Notes under the pieces: model-generated
Seen by the model: only the letters and a program-made list of their open reading frames with translations
What the model was told of the DNA's origin: nothing
Database searches by the model: none
Shown: positions 39,396-47,273 of the stretch, in pieces
How the letters are laid out: each line of letters opens with the position of its first letter
How positions within the stretch are numbered: the stretch's first letter is position 1
Made by a program: the position numbers and the translations under genes
NCBI GenBank assembly: GCA_965219995.1
Contig: CBDCOX010000002.1
Coordinates: forward strand, 1,152,001 to 1,216,000
Source of the DNA: Candidatus Latescibacterota bacterium
Lineage (GTDB): Bacteria; Latescibacterota; UBA2968; GCA-2709665
Direction: 5' to 3'
DNA length: 64,000 bases

Positions 39396-40754
39396 ATGGA
39401 TCGGATATGCAGAAGGTCGCGTCAAGAACGGTTCCGCTTCCCGCCCGGACGGTGGGTTCTCTTCGCCGTAGCCGCATTCTTTATCGCGGCACATTCGGGG
39501 TGCGGGGCGAAATCGCCGGTGGACGAAGCGCCGGAAGAGAGGGAGGAGGTTCAGACCGAAGAGGTGCGGTCCGAAAAGGCGCGAAAGACCTCACTGTCCG
39601 CATCGGACGTGAAGCTGGACGACCTGGTGCGGGGAAACAGCAGGTTCGCGTTCGACCTTTACGCCGCGTTGCGGGAGGAGGACGGAAACCTGTTCTATTC
39701 GCCGCACAGCATCTCCGTGGCGCTGGCGATGATATACGCGGGCGCCAATGAACGGACGGCGCGGCAGATGGAGGAGGTCCTGCGTTTTCAGCTTGCTCCG
39801 GACCAGCTGCACGCGGCATTCAACGTCCTTGACCTGGAGCTCTCATCTCGCGGCGAAGGAAGCAGCGGTCAGGATGGTGACGGATTCCAGTTGAACATCG
39901 CGAATGCCATCTGGGGACAGAAGGAGTACACGTTCCTGCCGCGCTTCCTCGACACCCTGGCCGAGAACTACGGCGCCGGCATGCGCGTTGTTGATTTCAT
40001 CGGCGAACCGGAATCGTCGCGGGAATCAATCAATGACTGGGTCGCCGAACGTACCGGAGACAGGATCCGCGACCTGATTCCGGAGGGTCTGATCGATCCT
40101 CTGACGCGGCTGGTCCTGGCAAACGCCATCTATTTCAATGCAGCCTGGCACCTTCCGTTCGACGAAAACCGGACCTCCATGGCGCCATTCCACCTGTTGA
40201 GCGGCAATCGCATCGACGTACCGATGATGCGCCAGACGGAGGCCTTCAACTACGCGCGCCACGAGAAATCCCAGGCCCAGGCCGTGGAGTTGCAGTACTC
40301 CGGTGAAGAGACGTCGATGTTGATCTTCTTGCCCGCGGCTGGAAAATACGATCAATTCGAAAGCTCGTTAAGCTCGGATATCATCAGCGAGATCTCGAAG
40401 CAACTGAGCCCCGTCCGCATCAGACTTTCCATTCCGTCCTTCGAGATCGAGTCTGAATTCAGGTTGGCCGACACCCTGGCGGGCCTGGGAATGTCCGACG
40501 CATTCGACCCGCAATCAGCGGACTTTTCAGGTATGAACGGCACGAAAGACCTCTATCTTTCCGCAGTCGTTCACAAGGCTTTTGTCAAGGTCGATGAGAA
40601 AGGCACAGAGGCCGGCGCGGCCACGGGAGGGACGATCGGCGTCACCTCGTTGCCGCCCGCGTTCACGGCCGATCGGCCGTTCATTTTTCTGATACGGGAC
40701 CGTGCCACGGATGCCATCCTGTTTGTCGGGCGAATCCTGGACCCGACGAATTGA
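39396..40754 (+). CDS. serpin (serine protease inhibitor), probable lipoprotein
   Basis: NLFYSPHSI, LANAIYFNAAW, HKAFVKVDEKGTEAGAAT hinge, FTADRPFIFLI; lipobox-like AHSGC. Confidence 0.93.
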   Translation: MDRICRRSRQERFRFPPGRWVLFAVAAFFIAAHSGCGAKSPVDEAPEEREEVQTEEVRSEKARKTSLSASDVKLDDLVRGNSRFAFDLYAALREEDGNLFYSPHSISVALAMIYAGANERTARQMEEVLRFQLAPDQLHAAFNVLDLELSSRGEGSSGQDGDGFQLNIANAIWGQKEYTFLPRFLDTLAENYGAGMRVVDFIGEPESSRESINDWVAERTGDRIRDLIPEGLIDPLTRLVLANAIYFNAAWHLPFDENRTSMAPFHLLSGNRIDVPMMRQTEAFNYARHEKSQAQAVELQYSGEETSMLIFLPAAGKYDQFESSLSSDIISEISKQLSPVRIRLSIPSFEIESEFRLADTLAGLGMSDAFDPQSADFSGMNGTKDLYLSAVVHKAFVKVDEKGTEAGAATGGTIGVTSLPPAFTADRPFIFLIRDRATDAILFVGRILDPTN

Positions 40755-40795
40755 TCCCGGCGACATCCCCCGCTCCCAAACCGCCACACGAAGCG

Positions 40796-40830
40796 CAAGA
40801 CCCGTACGTCAGAAGGCGTGCGGGTCTTGT
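40796..40830. terminator. bidirectional stem-loop between convergent genes
   Basis: CAAGACCCGTACG...CGTGCGGGTCTTG inverted repeat. Confidence 0.6.
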
Positions 40831-40866
40831 TTCATGCGGAAAGCTGAGGATATTCCAACGGTAATC

Positions 40867-41244
40867 TCAGGCGGGATCCGATTCGCGTTGAAACAGCTGG
40901 AGGAGGACGTCGTTCGGACCGTTGAAGAAGCTGAGCCGGATATCGGTTCCCTCCGCGTCGAACGGCTCCACGGCAATGTCCACGCCGGCAGCCTCGAGAT
41001 CCCCGGCGCAGGCGTCCACGTTGCCAACCTTGAACGAGATATGATGAAAGCCTACGTCCTCCTGCATGGTCTTTTGGGGCATCAGCTCCAGGATGATGTT
41101 CCCTGCCTTCAGAAAGACGAAGTCCTCATCGTCCTCATTCGGGAAACGCTCGAGTTCGGTCAGGCCTAACGTCTCTGTATAGAAGCGTACGGCTCCTTCG
41201 ATATCGTCGCTCACGACGGCGATTTTGTGAATATTGCCGATCAT
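40867..41244 (-). CDS. VOC/glyoxalase family protein
   Basis: IHKIAVVSDDIEGAVRFYTETLGL...HHISFKV...FFNGPND. Confidence 0.85.
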   Translation of the reverse strand: MIGNIHKIAVVSDDIEGAVRFYTETLGLTELERFPNEDDEDFVFLKAGNIILELMPQKTMQEDVGFHHISFKVGNVDACAGDLEAAGVDIAVEPFDAEGTDIRLSFFNGPNDVLLQLFQRESDPA

Positions 41245-41322
41245 TTCGTTCTCCCGTGGTTACGAGGATCAGGCCCCGCTCGCATTGCGATTTCAGAATG
41301 CGCATTCGGCGTGCGGCCAGAC

Positions 41323-42444
41323 TCAATACAACAGCTCGCGCAGCCGCGGGGGAAGCGATCCCCGCTGTGCAGAATGCCGGTGCGTCAGATCGAGAAGGTC
41401 GACGCCGTAGAACCCATGAAATGCTGAATGGATCTCTTTTTCGTGGTCGGTCATCGCCGGCAGAGGCAGGTCCAACCAGATCCCGTCCTTGCCGGCCGAT
41501 TCGCGGACGCCCATCAGGACCTCGATATCTTTTCGCGCGTTGGGCGCGCCATATTCCAGGGCCTTGCCGTGCACCGCGGCATCGTACAGACTGCACCAGG
41601 CCTCGGCGATGGCAATGCCGTCTTCGCCGGGCAGATTGTAGGCCTTGAGGGGTCGCTCCCATTCGACCTTGGGCGGAGAACCCGTGGCGGATCGACGAAT
41701 CGCTCCCTTCAGCGCGGCGCCCTTTTCCCCCGTGACGATTTCCAGTTTCCTGTCGTCGTCGTAGAGCTGCAATTCCATTCCCCGTAAGGCCCCTTCCGTC
41801 CCAAGAATCTCCCAGTAACTCTTCCTCTGCAGATTGTGTTCGTACGTCCCGCGGATTGCGTCAGACCAACGTATGAAACCCCGTTCTCTCACATCCTGCG
41901 AGGCCGGGCGGGCGCCCGAAACGGCTTGTGGTTCGGTTCCGAGAATCGACCGGACTGCGCTGATTCCGTGATAGGAGCCCGAGGTGTAGGAGAGGTAGAA
42001 TTCCTTGACCTCGCCGATAAGCCCCTGCTTTACAATCTTCTGCTTTATCCGTTCGCGAGGCCATCTTCGGGCGTTCTCGGAGACTTCCAGAAAAACGCCG
42101 TTATCCTCCGCGGCCCGGATCATCATGTCGGCGCAGGGCAGCGTGTGGGCGATCGGCGTCTCGGTGAGGATATGGACCTTGCGTTCAGCCAGCACGCGGG
42201 CAATCGGGTGATGAATCTCCGGCTGGACCGCGATCAGCGCGGCATCCAGCGTCTCGGATTCCAGCATCTCATCCAGGTCCGTGTACGCGTTCGCACCCAG
42301 CTTGCCGGCCACAGATCGAGCCTTCTCCGCGTCGACATCGCACACGCCGACCAACCTGTACCTGTCGGACAGGATCGGCAGGACGGCCAGATGCGCGCTT
42401 GATCGCCCGCCGAGACCAATAACTCCAGCATTCAAGATTGACAT
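41323..42444 (-). CDS. Gfo/Idh/MocA family oxidoreductase
   Basis: GVIGLGGR Rossmann motif, HILTETPIA (EKP variant). Confidence 0.85.
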   Translation of the reverse strand: MSILNAGVIGLGGRSSAHLAVLPILSDRYRLVGVCDVDAEKARSVAGKLGANAYTDLDEMLESETLDAALIAVQPEIHHPIARVLAERKVHILTETPIAHTLPCADMMIRAAEDNGVFLEVSENARRWPRERIKQKIVKQGLIGEVKEFYLSYTSGSYHGISAVRSILGTEPQAVSGARPASQDVRERGFIRWSDAIRGTYEHNLQRKSYWEILGTEGALRGMELQLYDDDRKLEIVTGEKGAALKGAIRRSATGSPPKVEWERPLKAYNLPGEDGIAIAEAWCSLYDAAVHGKALEYGAPNARKDIEVLMGVRESAGKDGIWLDLPLPAMTDHEKEIHSAFHGFYGVDLLDLTHRHSAQRGSLPPRLRELLY

Positions 42445-42631
42445 GCAACCGGATCCTCCCGTTACCTGAGCGCGAAATTGTCGACCCGGTCACCCACCAC
42501 GGCGGAACCGTTCGGCAACCGGCACAGTCGTTCAGACGGGTCCTGACTGACCATGTCAGGAGGCTTCGGATTTCGCAACCCGCGCGACATCGGGCACTCC
42601 CGGACCCGCCCGGAATCCGTCCGCCAAAGAG

Positions 42632-42655
42632 AAAAAGGCACTCGAAGAGCGCCTC
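42632..42655 (-). terminator. rho-independent terminator after the ankyrin gene
   Basis: Minus strand reads GAGGCGCTC-TTC-GAGTGCCT-TTTT. Confidence 0.6.
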
Positions 42656-42688
42656 GCGTCGTGTCGCCGTATCCGACCTGCATGCGGG

Positions 42689-43336
42689 TTACCGGTCCTT
42701 TGCGGACGCCTCCTTCAGAATCTCGACAACCTCGGGCTTGTCGCGATATTCCGCCAGCCAGAGGGCCGTCTTCCCGTTTCGGGTGACGGCATCGGCGTCG
42801 GCGCCCTCATCCAGCAGGCGGCCCACCACGTCCTTGTGTCCCCCGTAGGCTGCGTAGATCAGCGGCGTCCAGCCGGACCGCGCGGTGGCATTCACGTCGG
42901 CCCCTGCGGTCAGCAGGACGTGGACCACGCCCGTCAACCCTGCGTCGGCGGCGAACATCAGAGGCGTCCGAAGGTTCAGGTCTCTGGCATCCACGACAGC
43001 GCCCGCATCCAGCAGGATCTCGGTGATCGTGGAATCCTTCTTGATCGCCGCCTCCATCAGCGCTGTCCGGCTGTAGAGATCGTCATTGACATCGGCGCCT
43101 GCGTCGAGCAGGAGCTGGACCACCTCGGGGACGCCTTTCTTTGCGGCTTCGATCAATGGGGTCGTCCCCCCCTTGCCATCTTCGTTCGCATCGGCGCCTT
43201 CGTCCAGGAGTTCCTTTACACCCTCTTCATCTCCTTTTTTGACCATGGCGATCAGATCCGTGTCTTCGGCGGATTTGCATGCCGAAAACAAAAGAAGCGG
43301 GACCAGGACCACAAGATTCAACGTACGACGCGCCAT
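42689..43336 (-). CDS. ankyrin-repeat lipoprotein
   Basis: Lipobox FSAC; about 5 repeats of G.TPL..AA..G....V..LL.AGADVN. Confidence 0.9.
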   Translation of the reverse strand: MARRTLNLVVLVPLLLFSACKSAEDTDLIAMVKKGDEEGVKELLDEGADANEDGKGGTTPLIEAAKKGVPEVVQLLLDAGADVNDDLYSRTALMEAAIKKDSTITEILLDAGAVVDARDLNLRTPLMFAADAGLTGVVHVLLTAGADVNATARSGWTPLIYAAYGGHKDVVGRLLDEGADADAVTRNGKTALWLAEYRDKPEVVEILKEASAKDR

Positions 43337-43560
43337 ACGAACACCGGTTTTCCAGCCACGCACTGTCCTAAGAATCCGCTTTGCAGAAAACGACCGAAAC
43401 GACACGATCATCGCCGAACCGCTCCTCAAATGCGATTGTCACTGTACCTCCGGCATCGGGGCATCTACAGAGTCACGAACACGCTGACCGCCACTTCGTC
43501 CGGAACGACCGTTGGGCCTTCTTGTCGGATCCCCGGGCTGACCCGGAATCGGTTTGGCGC

Positions 43561-43983
43561 TTATTCGCCGGATTTGGAGAAAACCAGCGTTAACGTCCTG
43601 GCCTGTCCGGCCACCTGCGCGGAAATCAATATGGTTATCGTATTTCCCCCATCCGATACCTGGCCGGATTGGGTGCCGCCGCCGTCGGGAGTGAGCGTCA
43701 GGTTCGAACCCGATGCGACGTACCCTCCCGTCTGTGCGACCCGTACCACGTCGTCTGAACCCGCAGTAACGAACGATGCCACAACCGAATACCGGTTTTC
43801 GGTCAAGGTCATGATGCCGGAAGCGTTTGGAGGAGATATCGCGGAGCCCCCGGAGGGCGTCAACCTCAATAGATCGTAGGACCCGGCCAGCGTCTCGGAA
43901 GCCACGGGGTTATCGTCGTTGTCGTCTCCCCCGCACGCGGCACAGACACAAATCGCCAGCAGACCCATCAGGATGGGCTTCAT
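43561..43983 (-). CDS. small lipoprotein, possibly a lipocalin-like beta barrel
   Basis: Lipobox CAAC, acidic linker, LAGSYDL motif; AGAGGAG RBS. Confidence 0.7.
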   Translation of the reverse strand: MKPILMGLLAICVCAACGGDDNDDNPVASETLAGSYDLLRLTPSGGSAISPPNASGIMTLTENRYSVVASFVTAGSDDVVRVAQTGGYVASGSNLTLTPDGGGTQSGQVSDGGNTITILISAQVAGQARTLTLVFSKSGE

Positions 43984-44195
43984 AAATGCGTTCTCCTCTT
44001 GGATTTCCGACGCGATACCCCCACGCGGAGGGACGAAACACGCCCGGTCAGCGTTCGATTTCAATATAAATTGCGTACGAATCTCCGGCAAGCGTTCTTT
44101 TGGGAGGCTGGACGTTTCGCACCTCCTCACCGCCCCCCGCAGAGCGGATGCGCAGACGGATGAATTCTCATTTTAAAATTATGTTTTTTTTGGTG

Positions 44196-44224
44196 TTGAC
44201 ATTGGAAAAAATCTGAGTTATCGT
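44196..44224 (+). promoter_or_regulatory. sigma70-type promoter for the HU/IHF gene
   Basis: TTGACA-17 bp-TATCGT with an AT-rich UP-like region. Confidence 0.65.
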
Positions 44225-44269
44225 TGACCCTTCCATAGCTGTCGGAATCGGTTTTATCGGGGGAAACGT

Positions 44270-44581
44270 ATGGCAACAATCACGAAGGCTTCCCTGGCGC
44301 GTTACCTTTCGGACAATATCGGCCATCCCAAAACCAAAGCCTTGGAAGCCGTCGACGTTCTGTTCGAAGCCATGACGTCCTCCATCTGCAACGGCAAGCG
44401 AATTGAGATCCGTGGTTTTGGCTCGTGGGAAGTCAAGGAAACAAAGGAAAAGACCCAGGCGCGCAATCCCAGCACCGGGGAAACGGTTTACGTTCCCGCG
44501 CGTCGCAAAGTCATGTTCAAACCCGGTAAGATTCTGAAAAAGGTGCTGTCGCAGTCCCTGGAATCCGGAGCATCGAAGTAG
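44270..44581 (+). CDS. HU/IHF family DNA-binding protein
   Basis: ITKASL, RIEIRGFGSW, ARNPSTGE, VMFKPGK. Confidence 0.93.
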   Translation: MATITKASLARYLSDNIGHPKTKALEAVDVLFEAMTSSICNGKRIEIRGFGSWEVKETKEKTQARNPSTGETVYVPARRKVMFKPGKILKKVLSQSLESGASK

Positions 44582-44610
44582 ACCTGCGTCCCGAAACGCC
44601 GAAACAGCGC

Positions 44611-45417
44611 ATGCAATGGCATGAAAAGCTGAAGCAGTTTCAGACCGACGGTCCGAACAGGCTCCTGGTGGTCAGCGACTGGGACAGAACGCTGACGCGG
44701 GCCACGGCGGAGGACGGCAGAGACCAGTCAACGTGTTCGGTCATTGCGAACAGCGGGCATCTCGGACCGGCCTTCGGACGTCGTTACCGGGAGTTGTTTG
44801 ACCGCTATCGCGAAATCGAACGCGCGTCGGAACTACCACGGCACGAGAAGCTGCCCCACCTGCGTCGGTGGTGGACCCGCCAGTTCGATCTGCTGCTCGA
44901 ATACAAACTCAACATTCGAATCATTCATCGGATTGTCAGCGAGAAACGGCCGCGCCTCCGTGAAGGTGCGCGCCGTTTTTTTTGTCACCTCCACGATTGC
45001 GGCATACCCCTGGTCATTCTGTCCGCGGGCATCAGGCAGATTATCGAAGCCCGGCTCGCCGCTATTGGCGTACTCACCGCAAATGTCGTCATCATCGCCA
45101 ACGTTATCGACTTTGACACGAAAGGCGATGCGGTGGCGTACAATACTCCGCTCATCCACAGCCTGAACAAGACCGGGGCCGGCGCCGAAACGTCCCCCGG
45201 ACGGCGGAACCTGCTTCTCCTGGGCGACACGCTTGAAGATATCAACATGGCTTCGGGCATCAGCCACGAAAGCCTGCTCAGCTTCGCCTTCCCCGTCGAC
45301 TGCGACTACACTGAAGACTTTCGTTCCCTGTACGACGTCGTACTCGCTCCGGAAGCCTCACTGGAGCCGGTGAATGCAGTCTTGAACGAGCTGTGCGCGC
45401 CGTCTCGCCGGCATTAA
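44611..45417 (+). CDS. HAD hydrolase resembling pyrimidine 5'-nucleotidase (UMPH-1/cN-III)
   Basis: LLVVSDWDRTLT (DxDxT), KLPHLRRWW, ILSAG, LIHSLNK, LLLGDTLED. Confidence 0.75.
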   Translation: MQWHEKLKQFQTDGPNRLLVVSDWDRTLTRATAEDGRDQSTCSVIANSGHLGPAFGRRYRELFDRYREIERASELPRHEKLPHLRRWWTRQFDLLLEYKLNIRIIHRIVSEKRPRLREGARRFFCHLHDCGIPLVILSAGIRQIIEARLAAIGVLTANVVIIANVIDFDTKGDAVAYNTPLIHSLNKTGAGAETSPGRRNLLLLGDTLEDINMASGISHESLLSFAFPVDCDYTEDFRSLYDVVLAPEASLEPVNAVLNELCAPSRRH

Positions 45418-45659
45418 CCGGGCGCCACAGGAATCACGATCGCCGTCCGGTCCCCCGGACAGGACGGATGTGCGTGCATCCGCCCGCGTGTAGATATGCG
45501 GACCGTTCAATGCGCTTCCTGTTGATGCGTCAACGGAACCCGGACGGGCCATGGCGCGTGGCCAGTCCCGTGAAGGAAAGGAGGCGAATCATGAAGGAGA
45601 TGAACACGCGGAGGGTGGCCGGCCGATAAGGACGGCCGACATTCCTTCAGAAAGTCGAA

Positions 45660-45692
45660 CCGGGCGCCCCCGAAAAGGGGCGCCCGGCTTTT
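45660..45692 (+). terminator. strong stem-loop terminator
   Basis: CCGGGCGCCCC-CGAAAA-GGGGCGCCCGG-CTTTT. Confidence 0.75.
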
Positions 45693-45718
45693 GCTAAATG
45701 AGCTTGTCCTGTCTTCGG

Positions 45719-47086
45719 CTATTCCATTCTCATCGGCATCAGAATCGCCTTCCGGTCGGGATGGTCCGATGATACGAACAGGAGCGCGTTCTGCGGATCG
45801 GAGAAATAGACGTCCACAGTCCCCTCTGCTTCGACCCCCGATATCACGTCGCCAAGAAAGTCGTGATTTACGCTGACCCTGAAGGGTTCCGGACTGTGTT
45901 CCAGGTTGACCTGTCCATCCAGTGAAGTCATGAACCGCCAGTACGGGACATCAGCCCATGGGGCATCGTCGTTTGACACCGGCGAGTCAGCTTTTTCCTT
46001 GGCCACACCATAGCCCATGTCTCTCGACGTGATCAGCGAGAGCGTCTGATCGGCCCCGGATATCTGGATCTCTACCTTGGGCGCATAGGTCCATACATCG
46101 GAAACCGGATGGCGAGGTTCCAGATGCTCTTTGATCAAGTCAATTGCTCGCAGCAATTCGCCTGCGGCCAGCCTGGCGGTCATTCCCGCCGCGTCGGGAA
46201 TGACCGCTTCATAGTTCACGTAGGAATCGTCGATAATCGGAATCTTGCGTTTCTTCTCGCCCTCGACACGAAGGACCGCCGCCTTCTCTTGGATGGAAAT
46301 CGTGGCGCGTTTCGTGCCTCGATCCTCCAACTCGAAACCCGGCCCGAGGAGTACCTGCCTGTCCAGGTCCTCAGTCCCCTGCAGCGTGCGCAGCAGCAAC
46401 CTTGCGCCGTCCGCTGCGATCACACGTCCCCCCGTATCCAGGCAGACCCCGCAGAGTATAAGGCGGGACTCGTCGCTGCTCACGAACCGGGTCGCCCAAT
46501 GGAGGGCTCGAAGGTCCTGCGCCGTAAGATCATATGTCTGTCCAACGTTTTTCATTTCGTTCATCTCCTTTCGGATCCGCTGCCTCGCCTTCTGCAGGCG
46601 GCTGCGGACCGTGTTGACTTGCAGTCCCAGCTGATATGCGGTTTCCGCGTAGGAACGCCCCTCGAAATAGTGCTTTTCGATCACGTCACGATGCGCTTCT
46701 GACAGCCTGCGAATCGCCTGCCTGATCATCATCCGTGCTTCCCGCTCCGCCCCCGAATCGTCAAATGCAAGTTCCCGCCATTCCTCGGTCAACAGACGCT
46801 CGAAACGAACCTGAACCATTCGCCGGCGGCACCACTTAACGGCCGCATTATCCGCGATTTTCAAAAGCCAATGTGAAAACCGGCTTCCATCCCGCAGTTG
46901 ACCCAGACGCCGAAACGCCTGCAGGAATACCTCCTGCGCCAGGTCTTCGGCATCGTCCGGTTGCCTGACGATACGGCGGATTCTCGCGAAAACCAGCCCG
47001 CCATGGCGCTCCACGAGGCGGCCGAACGCCCATGTTTCTCCCGATACCGCCAGCCGGACCAGGTCCCGGTCCTCGAGTGGTTCCAA
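45719..47086 (-). CDS. ECF sigma-70 factor fused to a DNA polymerase III beta-clamp-like C-terminal module
   Basis: aa 1-175 carry DAEDLAQEVF, FSHWLLKIA and SYAETA...NTVRSRL (sigma2/sigma4). The C-terminal half carries FVSSDESRLILCGV, AADGARL, YVNYEAVIP, VNHDFLGDV and ILMPMRME. TTG start with GGAGG RBS. Confidence 0.85.
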   Translation of the reverse strand: MEPLEDRDLVRLAVSGETWAFGRLVERHGGLVFARIRRIVRQPDDAEDLAQEVFLQAFRRLGQLRDGSRFSHWLLKIADNAAVKWCRRRMVQVRFERLLTEEWRELAFDDSGAEREARMMIRQAIRRLSEAHRDVIEKHYFEGRSYAETAYQLGLQVNTVRSRLQKARQRIRKEMNEMKNVGQTYDLTAQDLRALHWATRFVSSDESRLILCGVCLDTGGRVIAADGARLLLRTLQGTEDLDRQVLLGPGFELEDRGTKRATISIQEKAAVLRVEGEKKRKIPIIDDSYVNYEAVIPDAAGMTARLAAGELLRAIDLIKEHLEPRHPVSDVWTYAPKVEIQISGADQTLSLITSRDMGYGVAKEKADSPVSNDDAPWADVPYWRFMTSLDGQVNLEHSPEPFRVSVNHDFLGDVISGVEAEGTVDVYFSDPQNALLFVSSDHPDRKAILMPMRME

Positions 47087-47131
47087 ATGACGCCTCCCGG
47101 AGGGGGCGGAACATCACGCACGCGACATGAA

Positions 47132-47161
47132 TACAGATACCCGGCGCGACGGAAAGTATCC
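47132..47161 (-). promoter_or_regulatory. candidate ECF-type promoter upstream of the sigma-clamp gene
   Basis: GGATACTT-16 bp-TCTGTA resembles the sigmaE-type GGAACTT-N16-TCnnA consensus. Confidence 0.35.
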
Positions 47162-47209
47162 TGCGGACGATAAAAAATCCCGGCGCCACGCCTGCTCGCG
47201 GTCCTCAAA

Positions 47210-47241
47210 CAAAAAAGCCACCCGATACGGGCGGCGGCTTG
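47210..47241 (-). terminator. rho-independent terminator after the transglutaminase-like gene
   Basis: Minus strand reads GCCGCCCG-TAT-CGGGTGGC-TTTTTTGTTT. Confidence 0.7.
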
Positions 47242-47273
47242 CCAGGTGTATAATGAAAACGCTGCGGCGTCCG

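Noticed and set aside
38773-39477. 234-aa ORF on the minus strand
   Set aside because: It is a chance read-through of promoter DNA and one frame of the MTase pseudogene; the conserved C-terminus lies in another frame.
45719-46555. Calling this the housekeeping dnaN
   Set aside because: It lacks domain I, is divergent (DGARL), is fused to a sigma factor, and has no dnaA/recF/gyrB context.
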